DNA from: Dehalococcoidia bacterium
GTDB lineage: Bacteria > Chloroflexota > Dehalococcoidia > Bin125
DNA length: 64,000 bases
Direction of reading: 5' to 3'
Assembly (NCBI GenBank): GCA_965243125.1
Contig: OZ251529.1
Coordinates: 1,683,729-1,747,728 of the forward strand
Below, one piece after another: positions 18,847 through 27,458 of this stretch. Both the position numbers and the translations under genes were made by a program. A model generated the notes under the pieces. It was not told the origin of the DNA, searched no databases, and saw only the letters and a list, made by a program, of their open reading frames with translations. Position 1 is the first letter of the stretch. Each line of letters begins with the position of its first letter.

Positions 18847-20841
18847 GTGCCCGAAACCGTCTTCTGGGTGATTCTGATTCTGCCGCTGACCGCGTTCGCG
18901 GTGGCCGGCTGGTTCACGCTCAACCCGCGCTTGCCCCGCGCCGTGCCGGAATGGGATCCGGCCTATCCGCGCTCCTGGAAGCCGATCGCCGATCTGTTCT
19001 GCGGGCCGCGGCTGGCCTCGACGCCGCTGATCATCGCGCTGTTTGTCGCCTTCCTGCTCTCCGTCTGGGCGCTGGTCGAATCGATCGGCGTCGACGGCAC
19101 GCCGCTGGGCTATGCGCCGCACACGCTCTTCTCGGCGGGCGAACTCAACGTGGAGCTGGGCATCCGCTTCGACGGGCTGACGGCGGTGATGCTGGTGGTG
19201 GTGACCGGCGTCTCGCTGCTGGTGCAGATTTACTCGACCGGCTACATGGACGGCGATCACGGCTACCGCCGCTACTTCATGTACATGGCGCTGTTCACGA
19301 CGGCGATGCTGGGGCTGGTGCTGGCCGACAACCTGCTGATGCTGTTCGTCTTCTGGGAGCTGGTCGGCGCGACCTCCTACTTCCTGATCGGCTTCTGGTT
19401 CCACAAGCCCTCGGCCGCGGCGGCGGCGAAGAAGGCATTCCTGGTCACCCGCCTGGGCGACTTGGGGATGCTGGCGGCGATGATCCTGATCTGGAGCAAG
19501 ACGGGCACGCTGAACATCGCGGAGATCAACGAGGGCGCGGGGCTGCTGGCGATTCACGGGGTGATGATCACGCAGACGGTGATCACACTGTTCGGGCTGG
19601 GGCTGATCGCCGGCGCGATCGGCAAGAGCGCGCAGTTCCCGCTGCACATCTGGCTGCCCGACGCGATGGAGGGGCCGACGCCGGTCTCGGCGCTGGTTCA
19701 CTCGGCCACGATGGTCGCGGCCGGCGTCTACCTGCTGGCGCGCTTCTTCCCGGTGATCGAGGCTTCGGCGGCGGCGAGCGACACGATCGCCTGGATCGGC
19801 GCGGGCACGGCGTTCGGGGCGGCGCTGCTGGCGATGGTGCAGACGGACATCAAGCGGGTGCTGGCCTATTCGACGATCTCGCAGCTGGCCTACATGATGT
19901 TCGCGATCGGCGTGGGCGGCTACGCGGCGGCAGTCTTCCACCTGATGACGCACGCCTTCTTCAAGGCGCTGCTCTTCCTCGGCTCCGGCTCGGTCAATCA
20001 CGCCACGAACACGTTCGACATGCGCAAGATGGGCGGCCTGCGGCTGGTGATGCCGATCACGTTCATCAGCTTCGGGATCGGCACGCTGGCGCTGGCCGGG
20101 ATCATCCCGTTCTCCGGCTTCTGGTCGAAGGACGAGATCCTGATCGAGGCCTGGGATCACAACAAGGGCGTGTTCGTGCTGGGGCTGCTGGCGGCCGGTC
20201 TGACGGCGGCCTACATGGTGCGCGCCGTGTACATGACGTTCCTGGGCAAGTACCGCGGCGGCGAGGAGCCGGAGCCCGGCGAGCACGGGGGTGATCCGGC
20301 GCATCCGCACGAGTCGCCGCGCAGCATGACCACGCCGTTGATCATTCTCGCCGCGCTGGCCGTCGTGACCGGCTTCCTGACCTTCGGCGGCGAGTTTCAG
20401 ACCTGGGTCTACGGCGCGCTGCCGGAGCCGCACGCGGGCAAGTTTCACTGGAACACGGGCATCGCGCTCGGTTCGCTGGCGCTGGCGCTGGCCAGCGGCG
20501 GCGCAGCCTGGGCGTTCATGCGTCACCGCGAGCGGATCCGCGAGCTGAAGCTGGGCGAGATCTGGCCGCTGCCGGAGGCGCGGGCGTTCGCGGAGCGGCT
20601 CTTCTACCTCGATGCGCTGGGCGAGACGCTGCTCGCGCGCCGCGTCTTCTACCGCGGCATCGCGCGCGCGGCGCACGAGTTCGACGCGCGGATTGTGGAC
20701 GGCGTGGTGAACCGCGTGTGGCGCGAGGCGCTGAGCGCGGCCGGCCTCTCGCGCTACGCGCAGAACGGCTGGGTGCAGGTCGGCACGATGGCCATTGTGA
20801 TTGGCGGCGTGATCATCTGGGCCGCCGTCGTGCTGTTCTAG
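18847..20841 (+). CDS. nuoL: NADH-quinone oxidoreductase subunit L
   Basis: It is 664 aa and antiporter-like, with WLPDAMEGPTPVSAL and a C-terminal extension. Confidence 0.92.
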   Translation: MPETVFWVILILPLTAFAVAGWFTLNPRLPRAVPEWDPAYPRSWKPIADLFCGPRLASTPLIIALFVAFLLSVWALVESIGVDGTPLGYAPHTLFSAGELNVELGIRFDGLTAVMLVVVTGVSLLVQIYSTGYMDGDHGYRRYFMYMALFTTAMLGLVLADNLLMLFVFWELVGATSYFLIGFWFHKPSAAAAAKKAFLVTRLGDLGMLAAMILIWSKTGTLNIAEINEGAGLLAIHGVMITQTVITLFGLGLIAGAIGKSAQFPLHIWLPDAMEGPTPVSALVHSATMVAAGVYLLARFFPVIEASAAASDTIAWIGAGTAFGAALLAMVQTDIKRVLAYSTISQLAYMMFAIGVGGYAAAVFHLMTHAFFKALLFLGSGSVNHATNTFDMRKMGGLRLVMPITFISFGIGTLALAGIIPFSGFWSKDEILIEAWDHNKGVFVLGLLAAGLTAAYMVRAVYMTFLGKYRGGEEPEPGEHGGDPAHPHESPRSMTTPLIILAALAVVTGFLTFGGEFQTWVYGALPEPHAGKFHWNTGIALGSLALALASGGAAWAFMRHRERIRELKLGEIWPLPEARAFAERLFYLDALGETLLARRVFYRGIARAAHEFDARIVDGVVNRVWREALSAAGLSRYAQNGWVQVGTMAIVIGGVIIWAAVVLF

Positions 20842-20850
20842 AGGAGCGCC

Positions 20851-22404
20851 ATGGATCCGTCATTCCCCGTCCTCTCGCTCCTGATCTTCCTGCCGCTGGG
20901 CGGCGCGCTGTTGATCGCGCTGCTGCCGGGCAGGCACACGCCCACGCACGCCTTCTGGCAGAACACGCCGGGCACGGTGCAGCAGCAGGCGCGCTGGATC
21001 GCGCTGGGCACCTCGCTGGCGGCGCTGATTATCGCGCTGGTGATGTTCATCATCTTCGACCGCAACGCGGACGGCTTCCAGTTCGTCGACGAGTTCGCCT
21101 GGGTCGACGCGCAGTCGGTCGGCTTCAACATCGGCTACGCCTTCGGCGTGGACGGTCTCTCGATGCCGCTGGTGCTGCTGACCGCGGTGCTCAGCACCGT
21201 CGCGGTGCTGGTTTCCTGGAACATCGAGCTGCGGCCCAAGGAGTACTTCGTCTGGCTGCTGGTGCTCCAGACCTCGGTTTTCGGCGTCTTCACGGCGCTG
21301 GATCTGATCTTCTTCTTCCTCTTCTGGGAGCTCGAGCTGATTCCGATGTTCCTGCTGATCTCGACCTGGGGCAGCGGCAACCGCAACTACTCGGCGCTGA
21401 AGTTCGTGCTCTACACGATCTTCGGCTCGGCGTTCATGCTGGCGGGCTTCCTGGTGTTGGGCTCGGCGGCCGACACGTTCGACATCCGCGAGCTGCGCAC
21501 CGCCGACCTCTCGGCGGCGATCCTGCCGGCGCAGGCGATCTTCTCCTTCATCCTGATCGCGTTCGCGATCAAGCTGCCGGTGGCGCCGCTGCATACCTGG
21601 CTGCCGGACGCGCATACCGACGCGCCCACGGCGGTCTCGGTGCTGCTGGCCGGCGTGCTGCTCAAGATGGGCGGCTACGGCATTCTGCGGCTGCTCTTCA
21701 CGCTGATGCCGGAGGTGGGCGCGGACGCCGATCTGGCGCTGGCGATCATCGGGGCGGTGTCGATCGTCTACGGGGCGATCATCACGATTCGCCAAACCGA
21801 TTTGAAGCGGCTGATCGCCTACTCATCCGTCTCGCATATGGGCTTCGTGCTGCTGGGCGTCTCGGCGCTGGGCGTCGAGGGGATGAGCGGCGCGGCGCTG
21901 CAGCTGGTCACGCACGGGCTGATCACGGGGATGCTGTTCGTGATGGTGGGGCTGGTCTACGACCGCACGCACACGCGGCAGATCGGCGAGATGCGCGGCT
22001 TGATCCACCACATGCCGCTGCTCGGCGCGGGGATGGTCTTCGCGGGACTGGCCGGGCTGGGCTTACCGGCGCTGGCCGGCTTCGTCGCCGAGATTACGAT
22101 CTTCCTCGGCGCGTTCGGGCAGCATGAGTGGCCGGTGCTGGTCTCGCTGCTGGGCGTGCTGCTGGCGGCGGGCTACATTCTCTGGGCGCTGCAACGCTCG
22201 TTCTTCGGCCCACGCGACGACAAGTGGGCGCACCTGAAGGACTCCAACCACTGGACCGAGTTCGCGGCGATCGGCGCGCTGGCGGCGCTGATCGTGCTGC
22301 TCGGCGTCTACCCGCGGCTGGTGATGGATCTGCTGGTGCAGGGCGTTGAGCCGATCATCGAGCAGCTCGAAGCGGTCGCGGCGCTGCGCGGAGGGGGCGG
22401 CTGA
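20851..22404 (+). CDS. nuoM: NADH-quinone oxidoreductase subunit M
   Basis: It is antiporter-like and carries WLPDAHTDAPTAVS. Confidence 0.92.
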   Translation: MDPSFPVLSLLIFLPLGGALLIALLPGRHTPTHAFWQNTPGTVQQQARWIALGTSLAALIIALVMFIIFDRNADGFQFVDEFAWVDAQSVGFNIGYAFGVDGLSMPLVLLTAVLSTVAVLVSWNIELRPKEYFVWLLVLQTSVFGVFTALDLIFFFLFWELELIPMFLLISTWGSGNRNYSALKFVLYTIFGSAFMLAGFLVLGSAADTFDIRELRTADLSAAILPAQAIFSFILIAFAIKLPVAPLHTWLPDAHTDAPTAVSVLLAGVLLKMGGYGILRLLFTLMPEVGADADLALAIIGAVSIVYGAIITIRQTDLKRLIAYSSVSHMGFVLLGVSALGVEGMSGAALQLVTHGLITGMLFVMVGLVYDRTHTRQIGEMRGLIHHMPLLGAGMVFAGLAGLGLPALAGFVAEITIFLGAFGQHEWPVLVSLLGVLLAAGYILWALQRSFFGPRDDKWAHLKDSNHWTEFAAIGALAALIVLLGVYPRLVMDLLVQGVEPIIEQLEAVAALRGGGG

Positions 22405-23879
22405 TGCTCAGCGATGTCAATCTGCTCGGCCCCGAACTGGTGCTGATGGTGATCGGCGGCTTCCTGCTGATCGCCGACCTGTTCATCAAGCATCGCCGCG
22501 TGCTGGTGGGCGTGACGGTGGCCGGGCTGCTCGGCTCGCTGCTCTACACGACCGCGCTGCTGTCGGAGGGCTTCGTGACCAGCGAGGCCTTCAACGGCAT
22601 TCTGGTCTTCGACCATTTCGCGGTGTTCTTCCAGGTGCTGTTGATCGGCGCGGCGCTGGCGGCGGTGTTGGTCTCGCAGCCGACGCTGGCGCGGCTGCCC
22701 TCGCGGCGCGGCGAGTATCTGGCGCTGATCCTGTTCAGCACCGCCGGCCTCCAGCTGCTGGCGGGGACGCGCGACCTGATCGGCATCTTCATCGCGCTGG
22801 AGCTGACCTCGATCGCGCAGTACGTGCTGGTCGGTTTCCATAAGGACCGCTGGGGCAGCGAGGCGGGGCTGAAGTACCTGCTGACCGGGGCGATCGCCTC
22901 GGCCGTGCTGCTCTACGGGATGGCGATCCTGCTGGGGCTGACCGGCTCGACCAACCTGGCCGATATCTCGCGCTATATCGCGCAGGAGGGCGCGGGGCGC
23001 GAGGAGGCGCTGATTCTGGCGGCGGTGTTCATGATCGCCGGCTTCGGCTTCAAGGCCGCCGTCGCGCCGTTCCAGATGTGGGCGCCCGACGCCTACACCG
23101 GCGCGCCCACGCCGATCGCCGCCTACCTCTCGGTGGCGTCCAAGGCGGCCGCGTTCGCGATCCTGATCCGCGTGTTCTTTGAGGCGCTGGGCGACGATCT
23201 GCTGGCCGAGCACTGGAAGACGGTGTTCGCGGTGCTGGCGACGATTTCGATGTTCGTGGGCAACGTCTTCGCGCTGCGGCAGGACAACATCAAGCGGATG
23301 CTGGCCTACTCGTCGGTCGCGCAGGCGGGCACGCTGCTGATCGGTCTGGCGGCGATCTCGGCGGACCGCAGCGAGCTGCTCGGCGCGAGCGGCATCCTCT
23401 TCTACCTCGCCGGTTATACCGTGACCAACCTAGCCGCGTTCGTGGTGATCATCATCATCGCCAACCAGCGCGGCACTTACAGCATCGCCGACTACGCCGG
23501 TCTGGGGCGGCGCGCGCCGTGGCTGTCGGGCATTCTCGCCTTCGCGTTGATCTCGCTAATCGGCCTGCCGCCGACGGCGATCTTCTTCGGCAAGATCTAC
23601 CTGTTTGACACGGCGGTGCAGAGCGGGCTGGGCTGGCTGGCGGTAATCGGCACGATCAACACCGTGATCAGCGCCGCCTACTACCTACGGCCGGTCAAGG
23701 CGATGTTCGTCGATCAGCCGGAGACCGAGGAGGACGAGCCGCCCGCGCCCGTCGCGCCGACCTCGCGCGGCGTGCTGACCACGCTCAGCCTGGCCAGCGT
23801 CGGCATCCTGATCATCGGCCTGGTGCCCTCGCTGGTGATCGATGTCGCCGAGCAGGCTGTGTCGGCGATCCTCTCCTGA
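22404..23879 (+). CDS. nuoN: NADH-quinone oxidoreductase subunit N
   Basis: It is antiporter-like and carries WAPDAYTGAPTP. Its start overlaps the nuoM stop. Confidence 0.9.
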   Translation: MLSDVNLLGPELVLMVIGGFLLIADLFIKHRRVLVGVTVAGLLGSLLYTTALLSEGFVTSEAFNGILVFDHFAVFFQVLLIGAALAAVLVSQPTLARLPSRRGEYLALILFSTAGLQLLAGTRDLIGIFIALELTSIAQYVLVGFHKDRWGSEAGLKYLLTGAIASAVLLYGMAILLGLTGSTNLADISRYIAQEGAGREEALILAAVFMIAGFGFKAAVAPFQMWAPDAYTGAPTPIAAYLSVASKAAAFAILIRVFFEALGDDLLAEHWKTVFAVLATISMFVGNVFALRQDNIKRMLAYSSVAQAGTLLIGLAAISADRSELLGASGILFYLAGYTVTNLAAFVVIIIIANQRGTYSIADYAGLGRRAPWLSGILAFALISLIGLPPTAIFFGKIYLFDTAVQSGLGWLAVIGTINTVISAAYYLRPVKAMFVDQPETEEDEPPAPVAPTSRGVLTTLSLASVGILIIGLVPSLVIDVAEQAVSAILS

Positions 23880-23883
23880 GCGC

Positions 23884-24360
23884 GTGACGGCTGCGGCGCG
23901 CCATATCGTCAATGTCTCGATTGATTCCGCCTACGCGCAGCGCGTCAACGCCGCGCTGCTTGACGCCTGCGTGCGCGAGACGCTCGCCTCGCGTCGGCTG
24001 CGCACGCCGCGGATCGTGGGCGTCGCGGTCACCGACACGCGCCGCGTGCGGCGGCTCAACCGCCGCTGGCGCGGGCTGGACGAGCCGACCGACGTGCTCT
24101 CGTTCAACACCGACTTCCCGGGGCTGGCGCGTCCCGACGGCGCGCAGGAGTTGGGCGAGCTAGTGATCGCGCTGCCCGTGGCCGCGCGCGGCGCGCGGGA
24201 GCGGCAAGTCGAACTCGCCGACGAGCTGGCGCTGCTTACGGTGCATGGCGCTCTGCATCTGCTCGGCTATGACCACGAGACGCCGGCGGAGGACGCGGTG
24301 ATGCGCGAGCTGGAGCGCGCGGCGCTGGCGCGGGCTGGGTGTCCGCAGGCGGCGCGGTAG
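23884..24360 (+). CDS. ybeY: rRNA maturation endoribonuclease YbeY
   Basis: The zinc motif [12 protein letters not shown] is present. An in-frame GTG just after the nuoN stop was preferred; an ATG at 23842 overlaps nuoN. Confidence 0.8.
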   Translation: MTAAARHIVNVSIDSAYAQRVNAALLDACVRETLASRRLRTPRIVGVAVTDTRRVRRLNRRWRGLDEPTDVLSFNTDFPGLARPDGAQELGELVIALPVAARGARERQVELADELALLTVHGALHLLGYDHETPAEDAVMRELERAALARAGCPQAAR

Positions 24361-24640
24361 GGCTAGCCTTCGGGTTCGGCGCTGCTGTCTGTCGCCGCTC
24401 GGAGGGCGCGCAACTTGGCGACGTCGCGCGTCAATTGCCGCCGTGACTCGCGCAGGAACTCGCGACCGGCGCGGCGGGTTTCGCGGGCGGCGGCGGGGCC
24501 GCCTGTGCGCAGCGCCTCGCGGATTTCGGCGCGAACGGCGGCCAGATCGCGCTCCGGTGAGTGCTCAGATTGAGCGGCTGTCTCGTGGTCGGCCATCGAC
24601 TTTGCTCCTCTCGCCCATAGGCGAGGCGGTGATTACCAGT
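24262..24640. repeat. copy 1 of an approximately 400-bp direct segmental duplication (ybeY 3' end plus small ORF)
   Basis: It is about 88-90% identical at nucleotide level to 26275-26650, in the same orientation. Confidence 0.8.
24363..24596 (-). CDS. small hypothetical protein (77 aa, charged, likely helical)
   Basis: It has a conserved paralog at 26381-26614, and a GAGG-type RBS lies upstream. Confidence 0.6.
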   Translation of the reverse strand: MADHETAAQSEHSPERDLAAVRAEIREALRTGGPAAARETRRAGREFLRESRRQLTRDVAKLRALRAATDSSAEPEG

Positions 24641-26156
24641 TGCGCCAGTCTTCCTCCCAGCGCGTCGGAGATATGCCGAACGCCCTCAGGAACGCATCCG
24701 AGCACGACCGCTCGTCTCTCTGCCAGAAGCGCACCGCGGCATCGCCGAAGCGATTGACCAGTGCCTCAAACGCCCGCGCCCCTTCTTCATAGTGCCACCA
24801 GCGATCGGTGTCAAAGAACACATCCAGCACATCCCCCAGTCCCACTTCGTCAACCGCGCCGCTCGCGTACAGCTGCCCGAAGAAGCTCGCCGCCCCCTCG
24901 GTAAGGAAACGCGGGCACTCCGCCAACGCATCCACGCTCGACCACGGCGCATTGTATTGGATGGCGTGATAGTACTCGTGCGCCAGCACATCTCGGAATT
25001 CCGAGCCTTGCAATGCGGCGGGCGCGTTCGCATCAAGCCGCACACAGATCACCACCTGCCCCTCAAACTCGAGCTGCGCGTAGCCGTCAACCTCGCCAAC
25101 GAACGGCGCTACGCAGGTTGGCTCCAATCGCACCTCTACTGGCCGCTGGGCTTCCAAGCCCCAGACATTGCGATACCAACCCACGACTCGCCTCAGCGCC
25201 CGATCCGCCGTCGCCTGGCTCACCGCGCGATAGCCCGCATTGACCTTGACGCTCACGGACGGCGGCAATGGCGTAGACGCCCATGCGTTCGCGGCGTTCG
25301 TTCGCCGCTCCACTAGCGCGGTGGACGACGTAGGTGTGGACGACTCGTGTGAATCCTCATCGCCTGCCACGAGCGGCAGGACGAGAAACACGATGACCGC
25401 CAACCCCAGCAACGCCAGCGCCCAAAGCCAGGTCTCACCTCCTTTTGACTCGTTTGCTCTGGGCGGCAAGCGATCTGCAAGGGTCGTGGTGCCTAGCGGG
25501 CGTGCCGCCTTTGGCTCGTTCGCTTTGGGCTGTGAGGGATCTGCACCTAGGCCGTGCGGCGCGGCTTCTTGGCCCTTTAGCTCGTTCGTTTTGGACGATG
25601 AGTGATCTGTACTGATAGGGCGGTTCGGCGGGTTGTTGCGTGCGGCGATCAGCGTATCTCGCCAAGCAAAGAGGATCGCGGTTTGGGCAATCTCATCCGT
25701 CGACAGTGGCGGATCTTCGCTGGCTCCCGCATCTTGCGCTTCGGCGAGATAGACGCTGCGCTGTCGGTCGGTGAGTGATTCCCAGTTGCGCACTGCCGCA
25801 AGAGGCGGCGACTCCGTTGCGTCTCCGGCAAGGGTGCGACGAGCGGGCGGCTCTGGCGCGGGTAGATTGTCGGTGATGCTCTGGGGCGCGTCTTGCCAAG
25901 CGAAGAGGATCGCAGTTTGGGCAATCTCGGATGTTGACAGTGGTGGAGCTTCGCCGACTGCCGCGTCCCGCGCTTCTGCGAGATAGACGCTGCGTTGCCA
26001 GATGTTCAAGGAATCCCAGTAGCCCGTCGCCCCAAGGGGCATCTCCTTCACGTTTGAGGATGTCGGCTCCGACGGCGCATCCGACTGGACGTAATCCACG
26101 CCAAACAGTTCCGACCACTCCTCGGCATCGAGCCCATCCCAATTGCTCCGTGCCAT
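24633..26156 (-). CDS. membrane-anchored putative zinc metallopeptidase with duplicated N-terminal cytoplasmic module
   Basis: The HExxH motif is [11 protein letters not shown] single TM helix ([20 protein letters not shown]) sits in the middle. The N-terminal region holds two approximately 50-aa repeats, each with WxSL..[12 protein letters not shown]...[17 protein letters not shown]. The gene is flanked by the direct repeats. Confidence 0.65.
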   Translation of the reverse strand: MARSNWDGLDAEEWSELFGVDYVQSDAPSEPTSSNVKEMPLGATGYWDSLNIWQRSVYLAEARDAAVGEAPPLSTSEIAQTAILFAWQDAPQSITDNLPAPEPPARRTLAGDATESPPLAAVRNWESLTDRQRSVYLAEAQDAGASEDPPLSTDEIAQTAILFAWRDTLIAARNNPPNRPISTDHSSSKTNELKGQEAAPHGLGADPSQPKANEPKAARPLGTTTLADRLPPRANESKGGETWLWALALLGLAVIVFLVLPLVAGDEDSHESSTPTSSTALVERRTNAANAWASTPLPPSVSVKVNAGYRAVSQATADRALRRVVGWYRNVWGLEAQRPVEVRLEPTCVAPFVGEVDGYAQLEFEGQVVICVRLDANAPAALQGSEFRDVLAHEYYHAIQYNAPWSSVDALAECPRFLTEGAASFFGQLYASGAVDEVGLGDVLDVFFDTDRWWHYEEGARAFEALVNRFGDAAVRFWQRDERSCSDAFLRAFGISPTRWEEDWRNW

Positions 26157-26214
26157 CGTCTGCTCCCGCCGCCGGATGTGCCGCGCAGGCTACTCACGGG
26201 CGTCCACATCCACC

Positions 26215-26384
26215 AGCGACGGGTCGCAGCGTTGACCGCTGAATTACTGCTGCTGGCCGTCCACAGCGTCCTCCACCTGCTCGGCTATGACCACGAGACG
26301 CCAGCGGAGGACGCGGCTATGCGCGGGCTGGAGTGCGCCGCGCTGACGCGGGTCGGGCGTCCGCAGGCGGCGCGGCGGGGCTAG
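26215..26384 (+). pseudogene. ybeY C-terminal fragment (duplicated remnant)
   Basis: Only the last 55 residues or so are present, encoding [25 protein letters not shown]. There is no N-terminal domain. It lies inside repeat copy 2. Confidence 0.75.
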
Positions 26385-26650
26385 CCCTCGGGTTCAGCGC
26401 TGCTGTCTGCCGCCGCTCGGAGGGCGCGCAACTCGGCGACATCGCGCGTCAATTGCCGCCGTGACTCGCGCATGAACTCGCGATCGGCGCGGCGGGTTTC
26501 GCGGGCGGCAGCGGGTCCGCCTTTGCGCAGCGCCTCGCGGATTTCAGCGCGGACGGCGGCCAGATCGCGCTCCAGTGGGTTCTCAGATTGAGCGGCTGTC
26601 TCGTGGTCTGACATCGGCTTTGCCTCCTCTCGCGCATAGGCGAGGCGATT
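26275..26650. repeat. copy 2 of the segmental duplication
   Basis: See the entry for 24262-24640. Confidence 0.8.
26381..26614 (-). CDS. small hypothetical protein, paralog of 24363-24596
   Basis: It is about 85% identical at amino-acid level. Start was chosen at MSDHETAAQ, matching paralog 1. Confidence 0.6.
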   Translation of the reverse strand: MSDHETAAQSENPLERDLAAVRAEIREALRKGGPAAARETRRADREFMRESRRQLTRDVAELRALRAAADSSAEPEG

Positions 26651-26702
26651 GACGTATTTTGCCCTGTTCACCATGCATCATAGCGCGATATCCGGGGGAT
26701 GC

Positions 26703-27179
26703 TCAGTTGCCCGCGCTGCGGTTTTCGACGGCTGCCGCGCGCCGCGCGACCTCTCCAATCACATAGTCGGCGAGTTCCTGGAGGTACTCTCCTTCCCTGC
26801 GGAGCCGCGCGCGTTCCTCGCTCAAACGATCGCTGGCCCGCATCAGCGCCACCACAACCTCATCCGTCCTCGCGTCGTCCGCGTCGCGCAGCAGCACCTC
26901 GCCGCTTGCGCGCAGCGTGTATTCATTGCCTGCGGTGTCGCGCTCTCTCAGGTCGCCGTTTGAGTACCACACCGTCTCGCCGCCGTCCGCGTCGCGGGCG
27001 GTAATCTCTCCGTTGGGGCGCAGCACGGATTCGCTGCTGTCGGTGTTGCGCTCTCTCACCTCGCCGGTCGGCCGCAGCACGATCTCCGTGCCGTCCGTTT
27101 CGCGCAGCGCCACCTCGCCGTTTGCGCGCAAGACCAGATCGGCGGCGATCTCCGGCGCGGACTGGTCCTGGTCCGCCAT
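26703..27179 (-). CDS. MORN-like tandem-repeat protein (5 x 18-residue repeats, each a 9+9 half-repeat)
   Basis: Repeats of the form VLRxNGExxxRxxDGxEx recur five times, and the C-terminus is coiled-coil-like. The N-terminus MADQDQSA resembles that of the small paralogs. Confidence 0.55.
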   Translation of the reverse strand: MADQDQSAPEIAADLVLRANGEVALRETDGTEIVLRPTGEVRERNTDSSESVLRPNGEITARDADGGETVWYSNGDLRERDTAGNEYTLRASGEVLLRDADDARTDEVVVALMRASDRLSEERARLRREGEYLQELADYVIGEVARRAAAVENRSAGN

Positions 27180-27321
27180 CGGCTTTGCCTCCTCCGGTTG
27201 GCTGTTGCAGCGTATCGCGCTGCCCGCCGATGCCGGCGCGGATCGGTGGTTCGCAGGTGGTGCGGTAGGTGGTGGGGCTGGGGCGTGGTTCGTGCTGGTG
27301 TTTCCGCCTTGGCGGGCGCCC

Positions 27322-27371
27322 CCTTCTGCCTGCGGCCTCTCCCCCGTGGGGGAGAAAATTTGGGTTGGCGC
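27322..27371. repeat. palindromic repeat element ctctccccc-gtg-ggggagaaaatttgggttggcgc
   Basis: Two further tandem copies sit at 29331-29420. It lies in the divergent intergenic region upstream of RCC1 gene A. Confidence 0.5.
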
Positions 27372-27458
27372 TCCGCGGATTTCGGGGCGCGGGGAATAAC
27401 TGCGGGCGGCCGTCGTCTAGCCTCACCTCATATGTCCGACTACGGCGAAAGGGACCCG

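Noticed and set aside
16253-23213. Several long minus-strand ORFs across the nuo operon (16253-17767, 18589-20676, 20860-21795, 22308-23213)
   Set aside because: All are antisense to strongly supported nuoH, nuoL, nuoM and nuoN genes. Their products are Arg/His/Asp-rich low complexity.
27198-27458. Long N-terminal extension of RCC1 gene A (start at 27198)
   Set aside because: The paralog on the opposite strand begins MPNRARRS..., aligning with MPDYARRS at 27459. The upstream 87 codons are Arg/Trp-rich and overlap the intergenic repeat.
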